Assembly: GCA_963798845.1 (NCBI GenBank)
Contig: CAWCUS010000006.1
Span: 736,001 to 800,000 of the forward strand
DNA: 64,000 bases
Source: an uncultured Gemmatimonadales bacterium
GTDB taxonomy: Bacteria; Gemmatimonadota; Gemmatimonadetes; Longimicrobiales; RSA9
Direction: 5' to 3'
How positions within the stretch are numbered: position 1 is the stretch's first letter; every line of letters begins with the position of its first letter. Below the pieces are notes generated by a model. It was not told the origin of the DNA. It saw only the letters and a program-made list of their open reading frames with translations, and ran no database searches. Below are positions 8,631 through 18,903 of this stretch, in pieces. The position numbers and the translations under genes are program-made.

Positions 8631-10184
8631 ATGGCCATCGAAAAGCGAATCCTCTGGGTGGACGACGAAGTCGAGCTCCTCGAGCCGCATCTCCTGTTTC
8701 TGCGGCAGCGTGGCTACGGCGTCGACACCACGACCAACGGCGACGATGCGCTGGAGCTGCTGCGCCGCTCCGTGTACGACCTGGTCCTGCTGGACGAGCA
8801 GATGCCCGGCCGCAGCGGACTGGAGGTCCTGTCGCTGATCCGGCGCCAGGAGCCGCACGCCCGGATCGTCATGGTGACCAAGTCCGAGGAGGACCGCACG
8901 CTCGAGGAGGCGATCGGTCGCCGTGTGGACGACTACCTGGTCAAGCCGGCGTCACCCCGGCAGGTGCTCTCGGTGGTGACTCGCCTGCTGGAAGGCTCGC
9001 AGCTGCGGCAGCAGCAGGCGGCCCAGGATTTCGCGGGGCGCTTCCTGGACCTGTCTCGTGCGAAGGACAGTGCCTCGGGGTGGCAGGACTACGTCGAGGT
9101 CTATTCCGAGCTCGTGGACTGGGATCTCCGCCTCGAGGAAGCGAAGGAGGCGGGGCTGCTGGACTCGGTGCGCGCCCTGAAGAGCGACCTGCGGCGGCAG
9201 TTCGGCACCTACATGCAGAGTGCCTACGTGGAATGGCTGCGCGCCTCCCCGTCGGGGAGGCCTCCGCTGAGCACCGACGTGGTGCGTCGCTGGCTGGCGC
9301 CGCGCGTCGGCGCCGGCGCCATCCTGTTCGTGGTGATCGACTGCCTCCGCCTCGACCAGTGGCGCAGCCTGCGGCCGCTGCTCGCCGACGTGTTCGACAT
9401 CGAGGAGGAGCTGTATCTCAGCATTCTCCCGACGGCCACGCCATACTCCCGCAACGCGCTGTTCAGCGGCCGCTTCCCGGACGAGATCGCGCGCGCCCGG
9501 CCGGACTGGTGGGGCACCGACGAGGGCAGCCTGAACGGGTTCGAGGACGAGCTGCTGCGGGAGCACCTGGCAGAGCTGGTGGGCGAGAATGTGCCGGTCC
9601 ATTACGAGAAGGTGTTCACCGACGACGAGGCGGACGAGCTGGCGGCGAGGGTCCGGAACGCCATCCGGAGCGGGTCGGTGGTGAGCATGGTCTTCAATTT
9701 CGTGGACCTGCTCACCCACGGCCGGAGCGAGTCGTCGCTTCTCATGGAGGTGGCACGGGACGTCCATGGGCTGCGCGCGCTCACGCGCCAGTGGTTCGAG
9801 CGCTCTGCGGCGCTCCGGATCCTCCGCGATGCCGCGGCGGAGGGGATCGAGGTGGTCCTCACCAGCGACCACGGCTCCATCCTCTGCGAGAGGCCTGTGA
9901 CGGTGTACGCGCGCCGGGACGCGACCTCCAACCTTCGCTACAAGTTCGGCCAGGACCTGCGCGCCGAGGAGCCAGAGGCGGTGCTGGCGGTGAAGGACGA
10001 GCGCCTGCTCCGCTTCCCCCCGGGCCGCCTCGCCACCAACTACCTCATCGCCCTGGAAGACTACTTCTTCGTATACCCGACCAAGCTGCGGGAATACCAG
10101 GCCCGCTACCGGGGCTCGTTCCTCCACGGCGGCGCCACCCCGGAAGAGATGATCCTGCCGATCGCGACGCTCACGCCGAGGTGA
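8631..10184 (+). CDS. PorX-like response regulator with PglZ/alkaline-phosphatase domain
   Basis: REC domain (ILWVDDE, LLDEQMPG, MVTKSEE, YLVKP) plus IDCLRLDQW, SILPTATPYSRNA, TSDHG, FLHGG. Confidence 0.88.
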   Translation: MAIEKRILWVDDEVELLEPHLLFLRQRGYGVDTTTNGDDALELLRRSVYDLVLLDEQMPGRSGLEVLSLIRRQEPHARIVMVTKSEEDRTLEEAIGRRVDDYLVKPASPRQVLSVVTRLLEGSQLRQQQAAQDFAGRFLDLSRAKDSASGWQDYVEVYSELVDWDLRLEEAKEAGLLDSVRALKSDLRRQFGTYMQSAYVEWLRASPSGRPPLSTDVVRRWLAPRVGAGAILFVVIDCLRLDQWRSLRPLLADVFDIEEELYLSILPTATPYSRNALFSGRFPDEIARARPDWWGTDEGSLNGFEDELLREHLAELVGENVPVHYEKVFTDDEADELAARVRNAIRSGSVVSMVFNFVDLLTHGRSESSLLMEVARDVHGLRALTRQWFERSAALRILRDAAAEGIEVVLTSDHGSILCERPVTVYARRDATSNLRYKFGQDLRAEEPEAVLAVKDERLLRFPPGRLATNYLIALEDYFFVYPTKLREYQARYRGSFLHGGATPEEMILPIATLTPR

Positions 10185-10386
10185 CCGGGATCCGTGGACC
10201 GGGAACCAGTTGCCCGGACCCGTTGACGGGCTCCCGGTCCCGATCAACGGCTTGCGAATCCCGCCCCCGGCTCGCCCCCGGCGCCCGCTCCCCGGGCTGG
10301 ACCCCTCGCCCTGATGCGCGGTACAATGCGGACTGTGACGCGGCGGGGAGCGCCGCATCCTCCATGGCTGCAACGCGGACGCTGAT

Positions 10387-12231
10387 GTGCGCCTGTACCT
10401 GAGAATCCTCGGCTACCTGCGGCCCTACGTGGGGCTGTTCGTGGTCAGCGTCGTCGCCATGGTGGTGTTCAGCGCCCTGGACGCATTCAGCATGGTCATG
10501 CTGATCCCGTTCCTGGGGATGCTGTTCGGCAACGCATCACAGGCGGGAATGTCGCTCTTCGCGGGGCGCGAGGGACGGATCTACGATCTCCTCGAGGCCG
10601 CGATCGGCGGGCTGGTGCCGACGGGCGAGCCGATGGTGGGCCTGCGCAACGTCCTGCTGCTTCTTTTCGGGCTGTTCCTCGTGAAGAACATCGCGCTCTA
10701 CGTACAGACGTACACGGTGGCGGTGATCGAGCAGCGGGTGACGCGGGATCTCCGGAACGAGATCTACGAGCACCTGATGGAGATGGACCTCGGCTTCTTC
10801 CAGCGCACGAAGGCAGGCCAGATCATCTCGCGGATCACGAACGACGTGGACCAGCTTCGCACGCTGGTGACGCGCAACCTGGCGACGGGTCTGTCGAACG
10901 TGATCCAGACGATGGTGTTCCTCGTGGTGCTGCTGATCATCTCCTGGCAGCTCACGCTGGCCACGCTCATCGCCCTGCCACTCATGGTCGGGCTGTGGAA
11001 CAAGTTCCGGGACCGGGTCTGGAAAGGCGTGCTGCGGGTCTGGAACGCGGTGGGCGAGGTGTCGTCGCACATCCAGGAGACCGTGGGCGGCGTGCGGCTC
11101 GTGAAGGCCAGCGGCGCTGAGCGGTACGAGTCGGAGCGCTTCCGAGAGCTGACGCGGCGGCAGTACAAGGCGGCCGTGCGAAACGAGCGGTGGCGCACCT
11201 TCTTCCCGTCGGCGAACGAGATGATCATCGCGACGGCGCTGCTGGCCGTGCTCTGGTTCGGCAGCCGCCTGGTGCTGGTGCACGGGTCGCTGGCCCCCGA
11301 CGCGTTCCTCGCGTTCACGGTCATGGCCGCGCGCATCCTCCCGCCGGTGAAGTGGCTCGGGAAATTCCCGTCGGTAGTACAGCCGGGGCTGGCGGCGGCG
11401 CAGCGGGGGTTCGAGCTGCTGGACGTGGACGCCGAGATCGACAACCGACCGGGCGCGCGCCCGGTGGACGGCCTGCGGGAGGGGATCCGGCTGGAGCGTG
11501 TGCGCTTCGAGTACGAGAAGGGCGAGCCGGTTCTGCGGGGCGTGGACATCGACATCGCCCGCGGACAGGTCGTGGCGCTGGTGGGGCCGAGCGGGGCGGG
11601 GAAGACGACGATCGCCAACCTGGTTCCGCGCTTCTACGACCCGAGCGGCGGCCGCATCACACTGGACGGGGAGGACCTGCGGGAGCTCCGGGTGGAGCAG
11701 CTCCGGAGCCTGATGGGGATCGTCACCCAGGAGACGATCCTCTTCCACGACACCGTACGCGCGAACATCGCCTACGGGAGGCTCGCCACCTCGGACGAGG
11801 AGCTGGAAACCGCGGCGAAGGCGGCTCACGCCCATGACTTCATCATGCAGCTGCCGGACGGGTACGACACCGTCCTCGGCGAGCGGGGGACGCGCCTGTC
11901 CGGCGGGCAGCGTCAGCGCGTGGCCATCGCCCGGGCCCTGCTGCGGAACGCACCGGTGCTGATCCTGGACGAAGCCACGAGCGCGCTGGACACCGAGAGC
12001 GAAGTGCTGGTCCAGGACGCCATCGAGCGTCTGATGGAGGACCGCACCGTGCTCGTCATCGCGCACAGGCTGTCCACGGTGCGCCGCGCGGACCGGATCG
12101 TGGTGCTCCAGAACGGGAGCGTGGAGGACCAGGGCACGCACGACGAGCTGCTGGCGCGCGACGGCCTGTACCGCCGCCTCTACGAGCTCCAGTTCGCCAG
12201 CGACGCACCGCTCCGGCCGCTGCCGACCTGA
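10387..12231 (+). CDS. msbA: MsbA-like lipid export ABC transporter (TMD+NBD)
   Basis: 6-TM domain, Walker A GPSGAGKT, LSGGQRQR, ILDEATSALD; LPS-cluster context. Confidence 0.85.
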   Translation: MRLYLRILGYLRPYVGLFVVSVVAMVVFSALDAFSMVMLIPFLGMLFGNASQAGMSLFAGREGRIYDLLEAAIGGLVPTGEPMVGLRNVLLLLFGLFLVKNIALYVQTYTVAVIEQRVTRDLRNEIYEHLMEMDLGFFQRTKAGQIISRITNDVDQLRTLVTRNLATGLSNVIQTMVFLVVLLIISWQLTLATLIALPLMVGLWNKFRDRVWKGVLRVWNAVGEVSSHIQETVGGVRLVKASGAERYESERFRELTRRQYKAAVRNERWRTFFPSANEMIIATALLAVLWFGSRLVLVHGSLAPDAFLAFTVMAARILPPVKWLGKFPSVVQPGLAAAQRGFELLDVDAEIDNRPGARPVDGLREGIRLERVRFEYEKGEPVLRGVDIDIARGQVVALVGPSGAGKTTIANLVPRFYDPSGGRITLDGEDLRELRVEQLRSLMGIVTQETILFHDTVRANIAYGRLATSDEELETAAKAAHAHDFIMQLPDGYDTVLGERGTRLSGGQRQRVAIARALLRNAPVLILDEATSALDTESEVLVQDAIERLMEDRTVLVIAHRLSTVRRADRIVVLQNGSVEDQGTHDELLARDGLYRRLYELQFASDAPLRPLPT

Positions 12232-12232
12232 G

Positions 12233-13327
12233 GTGGCCCCCCGCCCGCTCCGCATCGCCGCGCAAAACGGCGCCCCCGTCTGGGGCGGCGCCGAGATCGC
12301 GCTGGCGCGGATCCTGGCCGGGCTCGAGGGCCGCGGCCACGACGTCGTCCTCTACTGCAACGATCCCGCGGTCGCGCGGGGAGCGGCGGAGCTGGGCATC
12401 CGTACCGAGCGGCGGCGCCTCGGCGGCGACCTCGCCATTCACGACGCGCTGCATTTCGCAATGGCGCTCCGCCATTTCCGCCCCGACGTGCTCATCCTCG
12501 GGACGTTCCGCAAGAGCTGGCTCGGAACGCTGGGCGCGCGGGTGGCCCGCGTGCCGCGCGTGGTGTCGCGCATCGGGCTGGAGACGGACGTCGCCCGCAA
12601 CGCCAAGTACCGCTTCGTCTTCGGCCGCTGGGTGGACGCCGTGGTGTTCAACGCGGAGGCCACGCGGCAGCGGTTCCTGGCGACGATGCCCTCCTTCCGC
12701 GGCCCGGCCGTCACCATCTACACCGGCGTCCCGACCCCCGTAGCCCGGGGGGGCGGCAGCCTTCGGGACGAGCTCGGCATTCCGGCGGCCGCGCGAGTGG
12801 TGGGTTCGGTGGGGCGTCTGGCCGGGCAGAAGCGGTACGACCGGCTGGTCAGGGCGCTGGCGACGCTGTCCGACGCGCACGCGCTGATCGTGGGCGAGGG
12901 TGAGGAACGGCACGCGCTGCTGGCACTGGCGGCGGCGGAGGGCGTGGCGGACAGGCTCCACCTGCCCGGGCACTTCGCCGACGTGGGACCCGCGCTGGAC
13001 GCGATGGACGTGTTCGTGCTCACGTCGGATCGGGAGGGGATGAGCAATGCCTTGCTGGAGGCGATGGCGGCCGGACTCCCGGTGGTGAGCACCGACGTGA
13101 GTGGCGCGGCCGAAGCGCTCGCTCCGCTGCCGGACGGCGCATCTCCCGGTGTGCTGGTGTCGAGCGATCCTGCGGAGATCGCGCGCGCGCTCGGCGTTCT
13201 GCTGGGCTCGCCCGGGAGACTGCAGGGGATGCGCGAAGCCGCGCTCCGCGTTTCGCGGGAACGCTTCTCGGAGGCCCGAATGCTGGACGCGTGGGAGCGC
13301 GTTCTCCTCGGAGCGGAGGATCGGTGA
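12233..13327 (+). CDS. GT4 glycosyltransferase
   Basis: WGGAE, VGRLAGQKRYD, SDREGMSNALLEAMAAGLPVV. Confidence 0.9.
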   Translation: MAPRPLRIAAQNGAPVWGGAEIALARILAGLEGRGHDVVLYCNDPAVARGAAELGIRTERRRLGGDLAIHDALHFAMALRHFRPDVLILGTFRKSWLGTLGARVARVPRVVSRIGLETDVARNAKYRFVFGRWVDAVVFNAEATRQRFLATMPSFRGPAVTIYTGVPTPVARGGGSLRDELGIPAAARVVGSVGRLAGQKRYDRLVRALATLSDAHALIVGEGEERHALLALAAAEGVADRLHLPGHFADVGPALDAMDVFVLTSDREGMSNALLEAMAAGLPVVSTDVSGAAEALAPLPDGASPGVLVSSDPAEIARALGVLLGSPGRLQGMREAALRVSRERFSEARMLDAWERVLLGAEDR

Positions 13328-14031
13328 ACCTGAAGGCCCTGGCAATGCGCGAGCTCCGGCGGCTGCGATATCAGCTCGCCCACACCGTCCTCCGGCGCAG
13401 GCTGGGCGACGAGTGGAATCGGCTCGGCGACTTCCGGCAACGCAGCTATCCGGACTATGCAACGTACGTGTCCCATCAGCGCACGAAGTTCGGCGCGCTG
13501 CGGTGGAAGTCCGTGGCGCGTCACGACACCCGTTTCCACGCCGCCCTGAGCGGCCGTCTCGACCGGCTGGGGAAGGACTTTCGTGGAGCATCGGTCCTCT
13601 GCCTCGCGGCCAGGCAGGGGACGGAAGTGCGGGCGTTCATCGACAGGGGCGCGTTCGCGGTGGGCATCGACCTGAATCCCGGCAGCGACAACCGGCACGT
13701 CGTGGTGGGCGATTTCCACGCGCTGCAGTTCGCCGACCGGTCCGTGCAATATGTCTACACGAACTCGCTGGACCACGCGTTCGCCCTGGACCGGGTCATC
13801 GCCGAGGTGAAACGGGTGCTTCGCCCCGCCGGCACGCTGATCGTCGAGGCCAACGCGAGCGCCGGAGACGGGGCGGCCTCGGCGGGACCGTACGAGGCGA
13901 TGGTGTGGACGGACGTGGACGCCCTGCTCTCGCGACTGGTCGGCGGCGGCTTCCGGCTCGAGTCGAAGGAGCCGTTCGACCTTCCGTGGCCGGGCGAGCA
14001 GTTGGTGCTCCGCCCCGTGCCTGCGGCCTGA
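13324..14031 (+). CDS. class I SAM-dependent methyltransferase
   Basis: VLCLAARQGTE, GIDL, GDFHALQFAD, LDH..EVKRVLRPAG; GTGA overlap with upstream gene. Confidence 0.8.
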   Translation: MNLKALAMRELRRLRYQLAHTVLRRRLGDEWNRLGDFRQRSYPDYATYVSHQRTKFGALRWKSVARHDTRFHAALSGRLDRLGKDFRGASVLCLAARQGTEVRAFIDRGAFAVGIDLNPGSDNRHVVVGDFHALQFADRSVQYVYTNSLDHAFALDRVIAEVKRVLRPAGTLIVEANASAGDGAASAGPYEAMVWTDVDALLSRLVGGGFRLESKEPFDLPWPGEQLVLRPVPAA

Positions 14032-14038
14032 GGGCCCG

Positions 14039-15136
14039 ATGAAGCTGGTGGTCCAGAGCGACAGCCGCGCCTGGGGCGGAAACGAGAAGTGGCTGATGCT
14101 GGTGGGCGAAGGTCTGGCCGACCGGGGCCACGACGTGCTGGTGTCCTGCCAGCGGGGAGGGACAGTGGCGGAGCGGGCGCGGGCCGCGGGGCTGCGCGTC
14201 ACCCACGCCCGCCCGTCAGGCGACGCCGACCTCCTCCACGCCCTGGGCTTCGCGCGCATGCTTCGCCGCGAGCGGCCGGATGCGCTCCTTCTGTCCGCGT
14301 TCAAGCGCTCCTTCTGGGGGGGGTGGGCGGGGCGGCGTGCCGGGGTGCCGCGCATCGTGGAGCGACTCGGGATCGAGCGCGCCCTGCCCCGTCGCTGGAA
14401 GTACGTCCACGCGTTCCGCCATTACATCAATGCGCTGATCGTGAACTCACGGGCGATCCGGGAGACGTGGCTGTCATCGGCGCCGTGGTTCCCGGCCGGG
14501 GAAGTGCACGTGGTGCTGAACGGCATCCGTCCGCCCTCGTCCGGACGCAGCACCATCCGCGAGGAGCTCCGCCTCGGCGCGGACGAGAGCCTGGTGCTGG
14601 GGGCGGGGCGGCTGGAGGAGCGGAAGGGGTTCGACGTCCTGCTGCGCGCGTTCGCACGCGTGCGCGGCGGCTCCGCGCACCTGGCCGTGGCCGGAAGCGG
14701 ACCCTCGGCGTCGGAGCTGCGGTCGCTGGCTGCCGTGCTGGGCGTGGCGGAACGGGTGCACTGGCTCGGGTTCCGCACCGACCTGGAGCAGGTCCTTGCG
14801 GGGGCGGACGTTTTCGCGCTGGCCAGCCGACGCGAGGGGATGGCCAACGTCATGCTCGAGGCCATGGCGGCGGGATGCCTGGTCGTGGCCACGGACGTGA
14901 GTGGTGTCATGGAGGCGCTGGGTCCCGTGGATGGAAGGAAGGGGGGCGGCTGGATCGTTCCCCCGGACGACGTGGATGCCATGGCCGCGGCGCTCGGAGC
15001 GGCCCTCGGCGCCGACGCCGCTTCGTCGGCGGCCATGCGGCGCGAGCTGGCATACCGTGTGTCCGAATGGTTCTCGCCGGAGCGCACGGTGGCGCACACC
15101 GAGCGGGTCCTGCTGGGAACGGGGGAGGCAGGGTGA
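14039..15136 (+). CDS. GT4 glycosyltransferase
   Basis: WGGNEK, GRLEERKGFD, SRREGMANVMLEAMAAG. Confidence 0.9.
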   Translation: MKLVVQSDSRAWGGNEKWLMLVGEGLADRGHDVLVSCQRGGTVAERARAAGLRVTHARPSGDADLLHALGFARMLRRERPDALLLSAFKRSFWGGWAGRRAGVPRIVERLGIERALPRRWKYVHAFRHYINALIVNSRAIRETWLSSAPWFPAGEVHVVLNGIRPPSSGRSTIREELRLGADESLVLGAGRLEERKGFDVLLRAFARVRGGSAHLAVAGSGPSASELRSLAAVLGVAERVHWLGFRTDLEQVLAGADVFALASRREGMANVMLEAMAAGCLVVATDVSGVMEALGPVDGRKGGGWIVPPDDVDAMAAALGAALGADAASSAAMRRELAYRVSEWFSPERTVAHTERVLLGTGEAG

Positions 15137-16233
15137 CGGCCGGCGGAGGTGGCAAGGCGGAGCTGGCGGAGGCGCGGGACATCTGCGTCGTCCTGCTCAC
15201 CGGGCTGGGCGACGTGGTGCACGGGCTGCCGGTGGTGAACGCGCTCAAGCGGGCAGTTCCGGAGCGCCGGATCACGTGGGTGGTGGAGCCGATGCCCGCG
15301 CCTGTGCTCGAGGAGCACCCGGCCGTGGACCGGGTGGTGGTCTTCCACAAGAAGGACGGGGTGCGCGGCGTCGGCCGGCTGGCGGGCGAGCTCCGGCGCT
15401 CGCGCTTCGACGTCGCCATCAACCTCAACATCTACTTCAAGAGCGTCTTCCCCACGGTCCTCTCCCGCGCTCCGGTGCGGCTCGGCTTCGATCGGGGTCG
15501 GGCGGCGGACGCGGTCTGGCTGTTCGCGAACCACCCCCTTCCGCCGCGTCCGAGGGCCCACACCCAGGACATGTTCCTGGAGTTCCTCGAGCCGTTCGGC
15601 CTGAGCCCGGATCCGCTCGAGTGGCGCCTCTCCCCCACCCGCACCGAGCGGGCGGAGCAGGCGGCGTTCTTCGCGCGCTTCGATCGTCCCGTGGTGGCGG
15701 TGGTGCCGGCATCGGCGAATCCGAAGAAGGACTGGGTCGCGGAGCGGTACGCACGGGTGGTGGAAAGCCTGGAGCGCGATCACGGCTTCGCCACGCTGAT
15801 CGTCGGCGGGCCCTCGGAGAGGGAGCGCGCGACCGCGGAAGCGATCGTGGCCGCTGCGGACGCGGCGCCGGTGGTCGCCCTCGGCGGGGGGATCCGGCGG
15901 CTGATCTGGATGCTGGAGGGAAGTGGGCTGGTGCTGGCGCCGGACACCGGCCCCGTGCACCTTGCCCGGGCCATGGGCGTTCCCGTCATAGGGCTGTACG
16001 GGCATACGAACCCGTGGCGCGTGGGGCCGTATCGCCGCTACCAGGAGCTGTGGGTGGACGCCTACACCGAGCCCGGCGAGGCCCCGGACCCCTCGAACGC
16101 CACCCCGAAGCTGGGACGGATGGAGCGGATCACCGTGGAGAAGGTGCTGGAGCGCGTGGCGCTGGCGGTGGAGCGCTATCCGCCGGACGGCAGGCCCGGG
16201 GCGGGGACGGACACCGCACGGCCGCGCGGGTGA
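15133..16233 (+). CDS. GT9 heptosyltransferase (second paralog)
   Basis: ICVVLLTGLGDVVH, KDWVAERY, APDTGPVHLA, GHTNPWRVGPY; GTGA overlap. Confidence 0.9.
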   Translation: MTAGGGGKAELAEARDICVVLLTGLGDVVHGLPVVNALKRAVPERRITWVVEPMPAPVLEEHPAVDRVVVFHKKDGVRGVGRLAGELRRSRFDVAINLNIYFKSVFPTVLSRAPVRLGFDRGRAADAVWLFANHPLPPRPRAHTQDMFLEFLEPFGLSPDPLEWRLSPTRTERAEQAAFFARFDRPVVAVVPASANPKKDWVAERYARVVESLERDHGFATLIVGGPSERERATAEAIVAAADAAPVVALGGGIRRLIWMLEGSGLVLAPDTGPVHLARAMGVPVIGLYGHTNPWRVGPYRRYQELWVDAYTEPGEAPDPSNATPKLGRMERITVEKVLERVALAVERYPPDGRPGAGTDTARPRG

Positions 16234-16277
16234 GGGCGGGGCAGCCGGTGAGCGGGGGTGGGCGCGGGGGCGCGGGG

Positions 16278-17204
16278 GTGAAGGGGCTGCGTCGCGGCGT
16301 TCAGCACCGTATCGAATACGCCCTGGTCCTGCTTGCGCGAGGTCTCGACCGCATCCTCGGCCGCCGGGTCATGGAATGGGGAGTGACGCGGCTCGGGCGC
16401 TTCGCCTACCGCCCGCTCGGGATCCGGGCGCGCGTGGTCGAAGACCAGCTTCGCCGCGCGTTTCCGGACCGGGACGAGGCGTGGGTCCGCCGCACCGCCG
16501 CGGCGGCGTACGGGCACGTGGCCCGGGAAGGCCTCGCGCTGCTGCGGGTCTCGCGCCTCGGCCGCGACGACATCCTGGCGCTCACCGAAGTCGACGAGGG
16601 CGTCGATGCCATGAAGCGCGCCGTGGACGAAGGGACCGGCGCCGTTCTGGTCGCGGGGCATTTCGGCAACTGGGAGATCGGCGGCGCCGCCATCGCCGCA
16701 CGGGGCATCCCGCTGGACGTGGTGGCCCGGCGCCAGTCCAACCCGCTCTTCGACCGGCTGGTGAACTCGGCTCGCGAACGCCTCGGGATGCGCGTGATCG
16801 AGCGCTGGGAGGCCACCCGGAAGTCCCTGCGCACGCTGCGGGAGGGCAGGGTTCTCGCCCTGGTCGCGGACCAGGACGCGCGGGCTGCGGGCGTTTTCGT
16901 GCCGTTCATGGGGCGCCCGGCCTCCACCTTTCGGGGACCAGCCGTCCTGGCGCAGAGGTCCGGCGCGCCCGTATTCATTGGCACGGCGCTGCGCCGGCCG
17001 GACGGGCGCTACGACGTGCGCGTCCGCGAGATCCCGCTGCCGTCCGGCGACGACCCGGAAGCGCAGGTGCGGGCCCTGACCGCCGCTCACGTGGCGGCCC
17101 TGGAATCCGCTGTCCGATCCGCACCCGAGCAGTACTTCTGGCACCACCGCCGCTGGAAGACGCCGCCGCCCGCAGGGGAACGGCCCCCAGGCGGGGAGGT
17201 ATAA
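16278..17204 (+). CDS. lipid A biosynthesis acyltransferase (LpxL/HtrB family)
   Basis: GHFGNWE, LVADQD, VPFMGRPA, PEQYFWHHRRWK; start 16248 or 16278. Confidence 0.9.
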   Translation: MKGLRRGVQHRIEYALVLLARGLDRILGRRVMEWGVTRLGRFAYRPLGIRARVVEDQLRRAFPDRDEAWVRRTAAAAYGHVAREGLALLRVSRLGRDDILALTEVDEGVDAMKRAVDEGTGAVLVAGHFGNWEIGGAAIAARGIPLDVVARRQSNPLFDRLVNSARERLGMRVIERWEATRKSLRTLREGRVLALVADQDARAAGVFVPFMGRPASTFRGPAVLAQRSGAPVFIGTALRRPDGRYDVRVREIPLPSGDDPEAQVRALTAAHVAALESAVRSAPEQYFWHHRRWKTPPPAGERPPGGEV

Positions 17205-17244
17205 GCGCGTAGCGGAACGGAACCCTGGCTCTGGAAGCTATTTC

Positions 17245-18105
17245 GTGGTCTACATCTGCATACCGGCGTACAACGAGGAACGGACGATCGGCGTGGTCCT
17301 CTGGAAGATCCGGCAGGTGATGTCGGAGTTCGACCGGGACTACGAGGTGCTGGTGGTCGATGACGGCTCCACCGACGGGACGGGGGACGTCATCGAGCCG
17401 TACGCCCGGATCATGCCCGTCCACGTCCGGCGCCACGAGCGACGGGAGGGATACGCGTCGTCGCTCGACGCGCTCCTCCGGGAAGCCGTGGTGCGGTCGG
17501 CCTATCCCAAGCGGGACATCGTGGTCACACTCCAGGCCGACTTCACCGACGAGCCCGAGGATGTGGCCACGCTGGTCAAGCGGATCGAGGGCGGCGCGGA
17601 CGTGGTCACCGGACGGGTCCAGCGCGGTCCGGACGGTGCCCGGCCCCTGGTGCGGTGGGCCCGCAGACTCTGGCACCACCTGCTCCGCCGGCTGCGCGCC
17701 GGGCACGGCGACGCCGACCTCTTCTCAGGATTCCGGGCGTACCGCGTGATCGTTCTGCGCAACGCGATGGAAGCGGCGGCGGATGCTCCACTGGCCACGG
17801 GCGACGTCTGGGCCGCCAGCGCAGAGCTGCTGGGACGCGTGCTCCCCCATTCCCGGCGCACCGAGACCGTGGAGGTTCGCTTCCGCCCCGCTCGCCGCCA
17901 GCGCACCAGCCGCTTCGATGGCTGGCGGTCCTCGGCGGATCTCGCGCGGCTGTTCCGATCCGGCACGGCGCGGTCGAGCTTCGCGCCACCGGCGGAGGCG
18001 GCGGGCGCGGTGAGCGTTGCGGACGCGGAGTCGCCGGGGAACGGAGGCGAGGGAGCGCGGCGCCCGGGCGCCCGCCGTGACCGGGAGACGCGGGGGTCGG
18101 CGTGA
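17245..18105 (+). CDS. GT2 glycosyltransferase (DPM1-like)
   Basis: ICIPAYNEE, VVDDGSTDGT, TLQADFT, SGFRAY. Confidence 0.88.
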   Translation: MVYICIPAYNEERTIGVVLWKIRQVMSEFDRDYEVLVVDDGSTDGTGDVIEPYARIMPVHVRRHERREGYASSLDALLREAVVRSAYPKRDIVVTLQADFTDEPEDVATLVKRIEGGADVVTGRVQRGPDGARPLVRWARRLWHHLLRRLRAGHGDADLFSGFRAYRVIVLRNAMEAAADAPLATGDVWAASAELLGRVLPHSRRTETVEVRFRPARRQRTSRFDGWRSSADLARLFRSGTARSSFAPPAEAAGAVSVADAESPGNGGEGARRPGARRDRETRGSA

Positions 18106-18866
18106 AGCGCCCGCGCCTGGCCGTCGCGGTGCTCGCGTGCTGCCTCGCCTTCACCACCGGCGGGGGCGCGCAGACGGCACCCCCCGATCGCTTCGTGCCG
18201 TTCGGCCCCGGGGAGCGGGCGGAATACGCCGTGTCGCTCGGGCTGTTCGGGAACGTCGGAAAAGGCTCCATGGAAGTGGTGGGCGTCGACTCGGTCGACG
18301 GGCACCCGACGTTCCACCTCCGTTTCACCGTGAAGGGGAAAGTGGCGTTCGCTGGCGTGGACGACGTGCTCGAGTCGTGGATGGACGTGAACGGGCTGTT
18401 CACCCGTCGCATCCACAAGGACCAGGACGAGGTCAACTACGAGACGGACCGCTGGTACGACGTCTATCCCGAGCAGATGATCTACCGGCGCCGCTCGACC
18501 GGCTCCGTGGACACGCTCGCCAGCGCCCAGCCGCTGGACGAGGTCTCGTTCCTCTACTACATCCGTACGCTCCCGCTGGAAGTGGGCGAGACGTACACGT
18601 TCGAGCGGTACTACAAGCGCTCGGGCAACCCGGTGACGCTGAAGGTGGTGCGTCGCGACACGATGGAGGGACTCAACGGGAGCAGGATCCCCGTGATCGT
18701 GGTGCGGCCGATCATCCAGACCCAGGGGCTGTTCGGCGAGGGTGGAGAGGCGGAGGTCTACTTCACGGATGACTGGCGCCGGATCCTGGTGAAGATGACG
18801 TCCAAGGTTCCGGTCATCGGTCGCCTCGGCCTCATGCTCACCAGCTACACGCCCGTGCCCCGCTGA
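18102..18866 (+). CDS. DUF3108-like secreted protein
   Basis: signal peptide, PFGPGERAEY, PLDEVSFLYYIRTLPL, VYFTDDWRRI. Confidence 0.7.
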   Translation: MKRPRLAVAVLACCLAFTTGGGAQTAPPDRFVPFGPGERAEYAVSLGLFGNVGKGSMEVVGVDSVDGHPTFHLRFTVKGKVAFAGVDDVLESWMDVNGLFTRRIHKDQDEVNYETDRWYDVYPEQMIYRRRSTGSVDTLASAQPLDEVSFLYYIRTLPLEVGETYTFERYYKRSGNPVTLKVVRRDTMEGLNGSRIPVIVVRPIIQTQGLFGEGGEAEVYFTDDWRRILVKMTSKVPVIGRLGLMLTSYTPVPR

Positions 18867-18903
18867 GCCGGCCGCGGGTTCCGGATCCGAAGGGGAGGCG
18901 AGG

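Noticed and set aside
8631..10184. BREX defence system from the PglZ domain
   Set aside because: REC-PglZ architecture is PorX-like and no brx/pglX genes are nearby
14089..15132. Long N-terminal extension of the second GT9 (714-aa ORF)
   Set aside because: Overlaps the GT4 gene in another frame; GTG 15133 with RBS GGAGG is the better start
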